Shown here one piece after another: positions 50,003 through 60,739 of a DNA stretch of 64,000 nt. Position 1 is the stretch's first letter. Each line of letters starts with the position of its first letter. The notes beneath the pieces were generated by a model, which saw nothing but the letters and a program-made list of their open reading frames with translations, ran no database searches and was not told where the DNA came from. Both the position numbers and the translations under genes were made by a program. Origin of the DNA: an uncultured archaeon (GTDB lineage: Archaea > Thermoproteota > EX4484-205 > JAAOZP01); NCBI GenBank assembly GCA_938045545.1, contig CALIBN010000008.1, positions 1-64,000 on the forward strand, given 5' to 3'.

Positions 50003-51400
50003 TCAGGTAGAACGCTTAATCTTCTGAATTAGACTGGTTCTTAAGGCTCGCTTTTTATACAGGATTGCTGCTGCGCATGCGGCGAAACATATTAAGGCTA
50101 TTGTCAATAGTTTAACGTAATCTATTCTCCAAACAGCCTTTATCATCCTAGACTCGTCAACGTAGATTTCAACAGTCCTCTCGTCTATAATCCTGTCCTT
50201 AGGGCCCAGTCCTTCGAAATGGTCGAAAACATAGAAGCCCCAGCTTGTAATATTAATCCCTACAGGTGCATAAGTACCCTCGTCATACCAGCCTGCGCCG
50301 AAAGCGTTTCCATATTCAGTCTCAACAGTAACATAGTGCTTCTCAGAGATCAACGCGTTTAAAAGCTCTGTTCTCCACTCTCCCTTATCTGGGTCGTAGG
50401 CTCCGAAGCCTGCACAGAACTCCCAGTAGCACCAGGCTATTCCCCTCTTCTCCGCCTCTCTCGCAACGAAACGTGTCCATCTCACTCTCGAATCCATGTC
50501 TGCTTTACTGTATGCTCCGAACTCGCCCATTAAAAGGGAAACGTTGCCGTGCTGCATCGCCCATTCGACAGCCATGTTCAACTCATCCGTAATCTGTTTC
50601 TTCTCACCCTGGGTTCCAAGCCATTTCCTGCCGACGGCGGGAGAGGGACTGACCCATTCCGCCCCCTGATGGGTAAATTCGAAGGGGGTGTAAAAGTGGA
50701 AGGTGACGATAATGTTCTCGTCCTCGGGAATCACTAGTCCCTTAAGATTGTAAACGCTGTTCCACCCTGTTGGACCTACGATTATTTTTCTCGTAGGGTT
50801 AGTTCTTCTTATTATTTCGACAGTCTCCCTGATAAGCATGTTCCATCTCTCATCAGTCAGCTCGCCGTAAGGCTCGTTTAGAAGCTCGAAGAAAAGCGTT
50901 TCAGGATAATCCTTATAATGTTCAGATATCTGGCTCCACAAGGCTTTGAAACGATCTCTGTGGCCCAAGGGGTCTTGCATTATCTCCTCATAGTGGTGAA
51001 TGTTTATTATGGTGATAAGACCCTGTTCCAGGGACCTGTTCACAACCCTATCCACCCTGTTGAAGAAGTCTTTATCGATCCCATAAGGCGGGTTGTTCTC
51101 AGCATGAGCCGACCATCTTATTGGTATTCGAACAGTGTCGAAGCCGGCTTCTCTTATTATCCTGAAATACTCGTCCCTAATGTAAACTCCCCACTCACCC
51201 TCCCTGGGTGCTTCCAAAGCATTCCCAATGTTTATTCCCCTGCGCATCCCGGATTCCACAACGGCTTCTTCAAACCGATAATCGTAAGCTGGCTGCGTTT
51301 GCTCACCATCTCTCCTCGTGCTAACAGGGTAGAATATTGTTAAGAAAAGTAAACTAAACAATAAGACGTATGATTCAAGCCTCTTTTCAAGTAGGGCCAT
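50003..51400 (-). CDS. GH5 endoglucanase with N-terminal hydrophobic signal and C-terminal stalk plus TM anchor
   Basis: RGINIGNALEAP.EG.W, IHHYEE, LNEP, HFY.P..FTHQGA.W, GEFG, WCYWEF. Confidence 0.93.
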   Translation of the reverse strand: MALLEKRLESYVLLFSLLFLTIFYPVSTRRDGEQTQPAYDYRFEEAVVESGMRRGINIGNALEAPREGEWGVYIRDEYFRIIREAGFDTVRIPIRWSAHAENNPPYGIDKDFFNRVDRVVNRSLEQGLITIINIHHYEEIMQDPLGHRDRFKALWSQISEHYKDYPETLFFELLNEPYGELTDERWNMLIRETVEIIRRTNPTRKIIVGPTGWNSVYNLKGLVIPEDENIIVTFHFYTPFEFTHQGAEWVSPSPAVGRKWLGTQGEKKQITDELNMAVEWAMQHGNVSLLMGEFGAYSKADMDSRVRWTRFVAREAEKRGIAWCYWEFCAGFGAYDPDKGEWRTELLNALISEKHYVTVETEYGNAFGAGWYDEGTYAPVGINITSWGFYVFDHFEGLGPKDRIIDERTVEIYVDESRMIKAVWRIDYVKLLTIALICFAACAAAILYKKRALRTSLIQKIKRST

Positions 51401-51425
51401 CTCTAGACTTCTCTGCTGAAAATCT

Positions 51426-51797
51426 TTAAAAATCTTGTTCTCGGGCAATGAAAGATATTTTCTCAATTCTTCCAGCATTCGGATTAATATTCACATTCAC
51501 CACCACTTCTTTTTCTGCATAGTAAAAATATGCTTTGAAGTATCGGCTTGTTTCATCGAAAGGGTATTTCTCCGTCATGACCAGGACTACCTGGAATTCG
51601 TATTCTATAGGTCTACTTGTAAGCCTGTTCCTACTTAATACCTGCACGATTCTCTGCCCCAGCTCGCTCGTCGCGTTAATAATCGAGACCCTTACATATG
51701 TACTTGGTAATATCCAAATATTTGACGCGTTATTCTTTAACCATGCTTCACCCATACTGTAAGTATATCCTGGATCATACGGGCTTTTTAGTTCCAA
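51426..51797 (-). CDS. Hypothetical protein, possibly a fragment
   Basis: 123-aa ORF; no motif recognised. Confidence 0.35.
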   Translation of the reverse strand: MELKSPYDPGYTYSMGEAWLKNNASNIWILPSTYVRVSIINATSELGQRIVQVLSRNRLTSRPIEYEFQVVLVMTEKYPFDETSRYFKAYFYYAEKEVVVNVNINPNAGRIEKISFIAREQDF

Positions 51798-51988
51798 CTA
51801 TCGTACTTACAATAAACCCATCACCATATTTATAAATATATGTGCAAACTCTATCAGTCTTATTCCCTCCCTGAGGAATAACTGCAGCTCCCTTGACGCG
51901 TTAGAATTAGACACCAACTTATAGGTTTCTTTAAGAGTTAAGAGCATGATGCTTCAATCCCATCAACCAGCAGTTCTATTAGGAGAAA

Positions 51989-52186
51989 ACAAAGCTGAGA
52001 ATATTATGCGGCGAATATGATTCACGTTTACTACCTACTCTGTACGAGTATCACGAATAGTTAAAAAAGCTGAATGTTGAACACGAATTCGTCATGGTAA
52101 AGGAAACGGGACATGATTATCGAGAAATATTTGAGGGCTATGGGCAAGGTGTTTTCACATTCTGGACCAACCCTTTAGAGACTTGA
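51989..52186 (+). pseudogene. C-terminal fragment of an esterase (alpha/beta hydrolase)
   Basis: LRILCGEYD...HE*LKKLNVEHEF....TGHDY with an internal stop. Confidence 0.45.
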
Positions 52187-52530
52187 GGTAATAACTTAAA
52201 GTATTGCGCGCCAAACCGAGTATTTTCAATCCTCCGTGCAGATTGCTCTTAAGAAACCCGAATCGGTACATGACATGGTTGTCGGCGAGGACCGTATGCC
52301 TGCAAAGGTGCTCTAGCATGGACGTGAGCAAGAAGCGAAAATACAATACCTTCCCGATGCAAAACAGTGAAGCAGGTTCAGGGTAAGTGGGTCGATGAAT
52401 TTCAGGCATTTGAGAAAAGATCAGATGCACCATATATAGATGGGGGGCTGGACTAAAGAATCCCTGAACATTCACCTTAGACTCGATTAATCTAAGGCTG
52501 TTGAAGCCTTCGCGGTTTCTGAGCTAGTTG

Positions 52531-54258
52531 TTAACCCAGTGTCCCGAAGGGAAATACGCCTGCTGAAACCCAGGCGAACAGGAGCGCGTTAAAAACTGTG
52601 CCCGTGCCTATGGATGAGGTAAGCCGGTGAAACCACCATGAGCAAGCTGTTGAGATGATGAACAGTACTGTTATGAGTGGAAGGAACTCTATCAGGAAGC
52701 CGAGGAAAGAGGTGAGCGGCTTAAATTCGAACAGGAACATCGGGATGTACTGTATTCCCATTACGAGAATGTAGGGTGTAATCTTGATCCCGATGGTTCT
52801 ACCCATCTCTAAGGCTTCCGGGAGAAACCCGTTTTTCCCACCTCCCCTACGCAGAACATGGAGGTAAATTCCTTCTACGTAAAAGAAGACTAGGAAGAAC
52901 GGTATGAAGGTCAGAAACAGGGTGATTCTCGCCGGAATTCTGAGAACTTTGAAAATAGGCACGAAAATCCAGAGGTTCACGCCTAAAAATAGATCTATAA
53001 GGTAAACAATGATATACAGCATGAGGAACAGGCTTATCGCGACACAGGTCTCCCTCCATGTGAAGGATTCAGATGCCAGTCTCCTAATTCTCAGCCTAAC
53101 ACCTGAGAACCTAGGCATGACGAGCAGGATGAGGAAAACACCGGCTATAGCAACCATGAGCAGCCACCAGGCGATAGACGAGCCGAATAAAACCGGTGGG
53201 AAGGATAGGCTGAAGCCCAGTATGAATGTTGGTAGGAGCAGCACTATGCTCAGGGCCCCCCAAATAACCATAATCTTCCAGTCCTTAAGAGAACCATGCT
53301 TCATACTACTCTTATTCGAAGGCTTGCGCAGCAAGATTAGCAGGGAAACCGGGAATGTTAAACCCACCAGTGAGAAAACGCTCAGGAGCATCATTGTTTC
53401 ACGGTAGGGGTATGTTAAGCCTTCTTCCAGCCGCCTGATTTGGCTGGTTTCGCCAGGCCTGAGAGCGCTGCCCATCCAGACGACTGTTTCGGAAACAATG
53501 GTCGGGTCAAGGGGTTCAAGCAGATGAGTTGTAGCCGGTGCTACTAGTTTCCTCGCAGTCCCAGAGTTGAAATCGCCGTATAGTCTTCCAGGAGAAACCT
53601 CCTGAACCCCGAAAACCGGGGGTAGCCATTCCTCAGTAACTTGGTCAAGGTTGAAAAGCACGTCCTCCCTACCTATGGCTACCAGCAGGTTCTTTGGGAA
53701 AGTAGTGTTGAGAACCCCGTATTCCAACGGGCTGGAAGCCATTCCGCCTAAGCCTCCCGCTATGAGCACGGTTGCTTTAACCCGCCGGTGTGCGGCGGCA
53801 GCAGCCCTGACCGCCCCAGCCCCCAAGCTGTGCCCAACTAGGCCGAGTGAAGAAGCGTTAACATACGGCAGCGTTTCAACGTATCTTAAGGCTGCAAGAG
53901 CACCGAGGCTGGGATCCTTAGTTGCGCCGAGCCGCCCGCCGGAATCACCATGACCCACAACGTCTATCGATAAAGCGACGAAACCCCTTCTAGCGAGCTC
54001 CAAAGCTATGCTGCTCATGGATTCTTTAGCACTACTAATACCGTGCACAAGGACTACGGCCGGCAAAGGGTTTTCCTCAGCGGCTTCACGCGGACGATAC
54101 AGTACCCCGCTTATGTAATGTTCGCCGTCCGGTATTTTAACGGTTTTTACTTCAAGCCTTCCAAAGTCATTGTTTATGATGAACGCGGCAGCTGTTCCAG
54201 TAAGGAAAACAACGGCTAAAGCAATCAACGCCAAACAGCCTGTTCTTGCTGGTCCCAT
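52531..54258 (-). CDS. Alpha/beta hydrolase fused to a multi-TM C-terminal domain
   Basis: VHG, D..GHGDS, GHSLG nucleophile elbow; several C-terminal TM helices. Confidence 0.88.
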   Translation of the reverse strand: MGPARTGCLALIALAVVFLTGTAAAFIINNDFGRLEVKTVKIPDGEHYISGVLYRPREAAEENPLPAVVLVHGISSAKESMSSIALELARRGFVALSIDVVGHGDSGGRLGATKDPSLGALAALRYVETLPYVNASSLGLVGHSLGAGAVRAAAAAHRRVKATVLIAGGLGGMASSPLEYGVLNTTFPKNLLVAIGREDVLFNLDQVTEEWLPPVFGVQEVSPGRLYGDFNSGTARKLVAPATTHLLEPLDPTIVSETVVWMGSALRPGETSQIRRLEEGLTYPYRETMMLLSVFSLVGLTFPVSLLILLRKPSNKSSMKHGSLKDWKIMVIWGALSIVLLLPTFILGFSLSFPPVLFGSSIAWWLLMVAIAGVFLILLVMPRFSGVRLRIRRLASESFTWRETCVAISLFLMLYIIVYLIDLFLGVNLWIFVPIFKVLRIPARITLFLTFIPFFLVFFYVEGIYLHVLRRGGGKNGFLPEALEMGRTIGIKITPYILVMGIQYIPMFLFEFKPLTSFLGFLIEFLPLITVLFIISTACSWWFHRLTSSIGTGTVFNALLFAWVSAGVFPFGTLG

Positions 54259-55001
54259 GCGTATTCGTGTTTCCCCTTAAGCCTATATATCTGTTTTCTC
54301 CACACCCCAAGTATTGTTCAACTTTTCATGGGTGCATCAAACCATTTCTGCTTAAGACTGATTTCGCCTTTTTGCCTATGTTCTCCATACTTAAATCCTT
54401 ATATGTATTATCGGGGGCAGAATTAGAAGTAAGGGTGTAGAAAGAAGGTCGGTCGAAAGGAAATTAAAAGCTTCTTTTAATGGTACCAGTGCTTTCGAGC
54501 AAAAGAACTGCCGGCTGAGTAAGAGATGGAACGGATGTGACGGCACCGGTAAATTTAAACTAATAGTTGGAGAAGCCTCCAGGGGGAATACAGGCTTTAC
54601 AAGACTATCTGAAATCTAAAGGTTACGGCATGCGGGTTGACAATAGTGGATGATAGCGGTGAACCTTGAGCGGTTAAAGAGGGTGGAAACCGCTTACCTG
54701 CATGAGTGTTCAGCAAAACCAGTACTGCTAGAGCAGGCGTGCTTGATATAAAGGACTCATGATCCTTTCTATTTCGCGAAAGAACATTACAGGGATAGAG
54801 GGCAGCTGGGTGAAGACGCTGTAGTTTCCAGACAAAGAACATTTGCAGGATGGGTTGTACGTCTTCCTTTCACACTGCTCTGGCCGCGTGCGGGTTACCT
54901 ACACAGAATATGTGAAACCTTAACCATAATGGAATCAGGGGAAAGCATGAATAAATGTTTTGCAAGATAAAAATATTTGTTCTCTAAAGGGTTTCATTCC
55001 G

Positions 55002-55488
55002 TCAGCCCTCCGGCGTCCTTGTTTTTCTTTCAACGGCTGTTTTAGCTAGAGTCTCTCCAAGCCTCTTCAACTCAGACAAGTCCTTTTCAAAAGGAGCCCC
55101 ATCTCCCTAAGACCCCAGACAACGCCTCCAGTAGCCTTCTCCATTTTGAAAAGCTGGGAAAATCCTCTTTGTGCTCAGCAGCGCTGAGTCGCTTGAACTA
55201 CCTGCGCATGTGAATGCTGCCGCCGGTTTCCCCGCGATCTTCTCCCTTACGCTTCAGGCTCTGTCGAAGAAATCCTTCAACAATCCCGCCATGTAGCCGA
55301 AATAGTTGGGTGAGCCGAATGCTACAGCGTCGCACGATATAGGGTCTTCAACAGTAGCGTAGTCTACGCGTTCCAGCTCAGCGGTGGCTCCTTCAACCTT
55401 CTCCACGCCCTGGGCAACCGCCTTAGCTAAGGCTTAAACGTTCTCTTCTCGAGAATAGTAAAGTATTAAAACTCTAACCTGTTCCCAA
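55002..55488 (-). pseudogene. Flavodoxin/WrbA-like pseudogene
   Basis: VLILYYS, DAVAFGSPNYFGYMAGLLKDFFD, KPAAAF; two in-frame stops plus frameshifts. Confidence 0.8.
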
Positions 55489-55611
55489 GCCTCCTGCTGT
55501 TAACCCTCCCCTAATAAAAATATTTTACTGTGAAAGCGTCTATGCTGAACTTTTGGATTGCCAGAACTATGGAAATAAAGGTTAAAAAGGCGGCTGAAGA
55601 AGTTTTTTATC

Positions 55612-56784
55612 ATGGAAAACTTCCAGTTTCAATGTCCCACTAGAATCGTTTTCGGCAGGGGTGTTGAAAACCTGGTTGGGGAAGAGGTGAAGAAATACAG
55701 CGATAAGGTTCTTTTCCACTATGGTGGTGGAAGCATAAAGAGAATAGGTCTCTACGACAGGGTTGTCGAATCCTTGAAGAGTGCAGGCGTCAGGTTTATC
55801 GAGCTTCCGGGTGTTAAGCCTAATCCCCGTTTAAGCCTTGTTAGAAAGGGAATAGAGGTCTGCAGGAGTAGTGGTGTAGACTTCATACTGGCGGTTGGGG
55901 GCGGGAGCGTCATAGACTCTGCTAAAGCCATAAGCGTGGGCGTCCCGTATAAGGGTGACGTGTGGGATTTCTACGTTGACAGGGCTGAGCCAGCGGAGGC
56001 TTTGCCCGTCGGGGTGGTTTTAACTATACCGGGGGCGGGTAGCGAGGCGAGCAGCAGCTCCGTTATTACGAACGAGGAGGATTGGCGTAAGCTTTCACTA
56101 ACAACCGAGCTCTTACGCCCCAGGTTCGCGTTGATGAATCCTGAGGTTACTTTTTCAGTGCCACCCTACCATACTGCTTGCGGAGCAGCCGACATAATGT
56201 CTCACGTCATGGAGCGGTACTTCACCAATGTGCGGCATGCTGATCTGACGGATAGGCTTTGTGAAGCTACTTTAAAAACAATGATCAGGAATGTTCCAAT
56301 CGCCTTAAGGGAGCCTGAGAACTATGATGCTCGGGCTGAAATAATGTGGGCCAGCACTGTTGCGCACAACGATCTTCTTGGAACAGGCCGGATAGGGGAT
56401 TGGGCTACGCACGTAATAGAGCATGAGCTCAGCGGCCTATACGACGTGCCGCACGGCGCTGGGCTGGCAGTATTGTTTCCAAGCTGGATGAGACACGTGT
56501 ATAAGCATCGCGTAGACATATTCGTGCAGTTCGCCGTTAGAGTCTGGGGTGTTGAGCCTGATTTCCAGGATCCTGAGAAAACAGCTCTTGAAGGCATAGA
56601 GATGCTGAAATCTTTCTTCAAGCGGATAGGGCTTCCGACGACGCTCAGGGAACTGGGTGTTCCTGAAGACAGGTTGGAGGAGATGGCGCTCCGGTGCACC
56701 GACTCAGGCCGCTCTAAAATAGGAAGCTTCGTAAAGCTGGGTAGGGAGGATGTCCTGAGTATTCTGAGAAACGCCAGAGGATAA
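55612..56784 (+). CDS. Iron-containing alcohol dehydrogenase (butanol dehydrogenase-like)
   Basis: AVGGGSVIDSAK, DIMSHVMERYF, WATH.IEHELS..YDV.HGAGL. Confidence 0.94.
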   Translation: MENFQFQCPTRIVFGRGVENLVGEEVKKYSDKVLFHYGGGSIKRIGLYDRVVESLKSAGVRFIELPGVKPNPRLSLVRKGIEVCRSSGVDFILAVGGGSVIDSAKAISVGVPYKGDVWDFYVDRAEPAEALPVGVVLTIPGAGSEASSSSVITNEEDWRKLSLTTELLRPRFALMNPEVTFSVPPYHTACGAADIMSHVMERYFTNVRHADLTDRLCEATLKTMIRNVPIALREPENYDARAEIMWASTVAHNDLLGTGRIGDWATHVIEHELSGLYDVPHGAGLAVLFPSWMRHVYKHRVDIFVQFAVRVWGVEPDFQDPEKTALEGIEMLKSFFKRIGLPTTLRELGVPEDRLEEMALRCTDSGRSKIGSFVKLGREDVLSILRNARG

Positions 56785-56789
56785 TTCGA

Positions 56790-58004
56790 CTAACGTTTCC
56801 TCTTTAAGAGCCCGTTCGCCCTGTCGATTGGATCCTGGTACTTTGAAATCCTCCCGTTGAGAACATCCTTATACCTTACGGCTGCACGTAGCTTAGCCGA
56901 CTCATATATGGCTTCGGCTATTGCCTTGGCCCTCATCCCGTCTTCGCCGTCAACCTCAGGCCTCCTCCTTTTCTGAACGGCTTCGAGAAAATCGTAGCAC
57001 TCTAAAGTAATCCCGTCGGTAAAACCATGTGGAAAAAGCCTGTTCCTACCCTCCTCGCCTATACTCCTAAGGAATTCTTCTCGAAGCTCAGGCATGGTGC
57101 GCTGTGATCCATCTTTTAGAATGAGCACCGCATTATCGAAGGGACCGTGGAAGACATCGCCCGAGTCTAGGAGACACCCCTCAGACCCATAGTAAACAAC
57201 CTTCGTGAAAGAATGGCCCGGCGCGGCCATCGTCCAGCTCCATGTTCCGACGAGACCGTTTTCAAAGCTTATTAGCGCAACCCAGCTGTCCTCCACTTCG
57301 CTGTAAACGGTTTCCCCATTCTTATCATGAGGCCATTTTTCAAACTGTCCTACGAAAGCGTAAACCCTATCGACCTCTCCGAAGAAGTACCTCATCGAAT
57401 CGCAGAAATGTGCCCCACTATCCAGAACCAGGCCTCCCCCGCTCAGGTTCTTCTCAATCCTCCAATGCCACCTCCTAGGCTTCAACGGGTCGTTCCAGGA
57501 AGCGTGGATCGCGTAGAACATTCTTGGCTTGCCGATCAGCTTAGCCTCGTTAATCAGCCAGTGCATAGTCCTCTGGTTCACACCGCGGCGTATGTTCTCC
57601 GCAGTCGCAACAATCCTACCGTGTTTCTTCCCTGCAGCTATTATCATCTTGCTAGCCCTCAGCGTCACCCCTAGAGGTTTCTCAACCATAATGTCCGCCC
57701 CAGACCTGATGCATTCCAAAGCAACCCTATGGTGTTCAGAATGCGGTGTACATATGTCGACTGCCCCAGGCTTAGCCTTCCCCAGCATTTCCCTAATGTC
57801 TAGGAAAACAGGGGGCCTGTAGCCCAGCAGTTTCTCAGCCTCATCTGCAAAGGCTTCAGCAGACTCTTTCGAGACATCGTTTAAGGCGACAAGCCTGAGT
57901 TTCCCTGGTTCTTTCTCGTTGATCCTCGCATAAGCCGTAAGGTGTGCACGGGCTATTCCTCCGCAACCAGCTATTGCGAGTTTAACCTTCCTGCTTTCTC
58001 CCAT
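56790..58004 (-). CDS. Gfo/Idh/MocA oxidoreductase
   Basis: GCGGIA, TPHSEH, EKPLG, LDSGAH. Confidence 0.92.
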   Translation of the reverse strand: MGESRKVKLAIAGCGGIARAHLTAYARINEKEPGKLRLVALNDVSKESAEAFADEAEKLLGYRPPVFLDIREMLGKAKPGAVDICTPHSEHHRVALECIRSGADIMVEKPLGVTLRASKMIIAAGKKHGRIVATAENIRRGVNQRTMHWLINEAKLIGKPRMFYAIHASWNDPLKPRRWHWRIEKNLSGGGLVLDSGAHFCDSMRYFFGEVDRVYAFVGQFEKWPHDKNGETVYSEVEDSWVALISFENGLVGTWSWTMAAPGHSFTKVVYYGSEGCLLDSGDVFHGPFDNAVLILKDGSQRTMPELREEFLRSIGEEGRNRLFPHGFTDGITLECYDFLEAVQKRRRPEVDGEDGMRAKAIAEAIYESAKLRAAVRYKDVLNGRISKYQDPIDRANGLLKRKR

Positions 58005-58270
58005 GGGTCCTTGTGTTAAACGCGTCTTAAAAACATATTCATTTTTCCTTATTGTTTAAGAAATTCCCTTTAGTTTGATGATGCTGGAGTGTTTAAGCCG
58101 TTTTAACAAGCGCTAAGAGATCATTAGAGCCTTTGAAGAGTCTAGTTTCCCATGGTTTTCCTAGGCTTAGGTTTATCGCACCCGCTGTGCCCATAGGAGC
58201 CAGCCACCAGAAGTCCCGTTTAAAAAGGTTTTCTAAACAGCCGTAACCTTAATATTCTCCCTTTTAGCGG

Positions 58271-58705
58271 ATGGGGATACTGAAAGTAAGGTCTAGAGAA
58301 AAAATGGACACGATAGTGTTTAGAGAGGTCGATTCGCTCGGCAGATATTATGAGGAGGCTCTTAAGAATGTTGAAACCAGTAAAAACGTTAAGACCGGTG
58401 GGGCTCTCGTCACCTTCCCAGATAAAGAGCGGAAGGTTTGCGAGCTTTCAGCAACCTACCTGGTGAAGCTGGGCAGGTTTTCAAAGGAGCAGAGAGTGGT
58501 GGTTACTCTAACGTTCAATAGGGATGCTAGTGGGGTTTACGTGGCGAAAATCGATGACTCCGTTTTCCACGTGGTTCAGGAGGAAAAGGGGGGTCTGAAA
58601 GAGGTTTGGAGTGGAAGGCTTGCGGAAGCAATGGATAAGCTGGGGGACGTGGCTAGGATTCATGTAAACGTAATGTCCAATCTCTCCCGTAAGTCTTCAT
58701 CCTGA
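58271..58705 (+). CDS. Hypothetical protein
   Basis: Intact 144-aa ORF with upstream cttaata. Confidence 0.6.
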   Translation: MGILKVRSREKMDTIVFREVDSLGRYYEEALKNVETSKNVKTGGALVTFPDKERKVCELSATYLVKLGRFSKEQRVVVTLTFNRDASGVYVAKIDDSVFHVVQEEKGGLKEVWSGRLAEAMDKLGDVARIHVNVMSNLSRKSSS

Positions 58706-58799
58706 TTGAAACATTAATTTGCAGCATGCAGTAGGCCAGCCTCCTCGTTTAGACTTGGAGAGGCCTATCGTTTTTTGATTTAACGCTAGTGCGAAGCGT

Positions 58800-59222
58800 C
58801 TATGAAAACCTGTCTTTAAGAGACACTATTTTCCTAAAAAGTTCTTCCTCACCATGGCAGTCGGCGGTAAGCTTTTCAAACGGGCAAACGTCATTCCTTT
58901 TTCTGTTCAGGATTTCAGGGACCAGTTCTTCATATTCAACCCTTACGTCTTTCTCTCTCAAAGCTTCTAAACCTTTCCTACTTACTACTTCAGCATATAC
59001 TTCAGCAATATTGGCATACAGGCAGAGCATCGCCGCTGCCCTGCCAACGACCCTGTCGGCCACAGCCGCCCCGGATAGTTCCGAACCATAGTTTTCAATG
59101 GCTTCAACAAGCCCTATGACACCGTACTTCCTAGTAGCGTGAAAAAGCGTTCCGGGTTTAACTATAACTAGGCTAAAACCATGGTCTTTCAGCATTCTCC
59201 TAGCTGTCTCTAGACCCTTCAT
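58800..59222 (-). CDS. DUF1893 (TM1506-like) protein
   Basis: VADRVVGRAAA, ILNR....CPFE. Confidence 0.85.
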   Translation of the reverse strand: MKGLETARRMLKDHGFSLVIVKPGTLFHATRKYGVIGLVEAIENYGSELSGAAVADRVVGRAAAMLCLYANIAEVYAEVVSRKGLEALREKDVRVEYEELVPEILNRKRNDVCPFEKLTADCHGEEELFRKIVSLKDRFS

Positions 59223-59359
59223 TTTTTCAAGTCGTATTGTTTTGTTTCAGTCTCGGTGCGATATAAGGCTGTTGTTCAACTTGTGGCCTCATGGTCGGAA
59301 AACGGTTCCAAAACGTTCTAAACAAAATTTATAAGGTTTACCCCTCTATCCGTGAAGGC

Positions 59360-60496
59360 ATGAAGTATAGGCGGTTTGGGAAGCTGAACTTGCAGGTGTC
59401 TGCGCTCGGCTTCGGATGCATGAGGCTCCCGGTAATAGGCAACGACCATTCTAAGGTTGATGAGCCTGAGGCCATCAGGATGATAAGGTACGCCATAGAC
59501 CATGGCGTCAACTACGTGGATACTGCTTACCCTTATCACGGTGGGAATGGTGAGATCGTTGTTGGAAAGGCTTTAAGAGACGGCTACAGGGAGCGGGTTA
59601 GGCTGGCAACCAAGATGCCCATCTGGAACATTAATTCTAGGGAGGATATGGATAGGATTTTTGAGGAGCAGCTTAAGAAGCTTCAGACAGAATACGTGGA
59701 TTTCTACCTTCTTCACGCGCTGAATAAAAACAGCTGGCTTAAGATTAAAAACCTGAATGTTTTCGACTGGGCTGAAAGGGTTGTTTCCGAGGATAGGATA
59801 AAGTATTTAGGTTTCAGCTTCCACGACGACTATGAGGTTTTCAAGGAGATTATAGACGCGTATGACAAGTGGGCCCTCTGCCAAATACAGTATAACTATG
59901 AGAATGAAGAGGATCAAGCCGGGACAAGAGGGTTGAAATACGCTGCTGGGAAAGGGCTTGCCGTGGTTATAATGGAGCCTCTTTTAGGAGGGGCTTTAGC
60001 CAACCCGCCTCCGGCTGTGAAGCAGATCTGGGATGAGGCTGGTAAGGATCCTGTGGAAATGGCCCTACAATGGCTTTGGAACAAGCCTGAAGTCTCAGTG
60101 GTCCTAAGCGGCATGAGCACGATGGAGCAGGTTAAGCGAAACATTGAGTTCGCCTCAAGATCGGGTGTTGGGCTGCTTACTGAGGAGGATCTTAAGCTTA
60201 TAGCTAGGGTTCACGTTAAGTATAAGGAGCTCCGCCCAATTCCATGCACGAAATGCGGCTACTGCATGCCGTGCCCGAACGGTGTGGATATACCTTGGAA
60301 CTTTGAGGTTTACAATAATGGTGTCGCCTATAACTCGATTGGCTCAGCCAGATGGACGTACAATAATATCCCTGCTGAGAAGCGGGCGAGCGCATGCGTT
60401 GGCTGCAGGAGCTGCGAGGAGAAATGCCCTCAGAGGATTCCGATCAGCGAATGGATGCAGAGGATCGATAAGGAATTAAGATTCCAGCCGCCTTGA
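59360..60496 (+). CDS. Aldo/keto reductase with C-terminal 4Fe-4S domain
   Basis: LGFGCMRLP, DTAYPYH, GFSFH, CT.CGYCMPCP, CVGC..CE.KCPQ. Confidence 0.93.
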   Translation: MKYRRFGKLNLQVSALGFGCMRLPVIGNDHSKVDEPEAIRMIRYAIDHGVNYVDTAYPYHGGNGEIVVGKALRDGYRERVRLATKMPIWNINSREDMDRIFEEQLKKLQTEYVDFYLLHALNKNSWLKIKNLNVFDWAERVVSEDRIKYLGFSFHDDYEVFKEIIDAYDKWALCQIQYNYENEEDQAGTRGLKYAAGKGLAVVIMEPLLGGALANPPPAVKQIWDEAGKDPVEMALQWLWNKPEVSVVLSGMSTMEQVKRNIEFASRSGVGLLTEEDLKLIARVHVKYKELRPIPCTKCGYCMPCPNGVDIPWNFEVYNNGVAYNSIGSARWTYNNIPAEKRASACVGCRSCEEKCPQRIPISEWMQRIDKELRFQPP

Positions 60497-60739
60497 ACAT
60501 GACGCTTTAAAACTCTAAACCGGGGGGCCGGGTGCAGTTTATATCTTGCACAGGATTTTCTACTGCGATATGTTTATGGGTGAGGCGGCGCTTTGGGTCC
60601 CGAGGTTCTGAGAAAACTACTGGTTTTCTTATACTTCTTCAAATAGCGTTCGTGAAAAAGGGTGTTGCAGTCAGGATGCTTGAAACATTTGTCGTTAGGG
60701 ATGATGATGGAAACATCATTAGGGTTGAGCACGCGCTAG

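Noticed and set aside
54440-54970. Possible transposase or MITE remnant
   Set aside because: No terminal inverted repeats or DDE/HUH motifs recognised; left unannotated.
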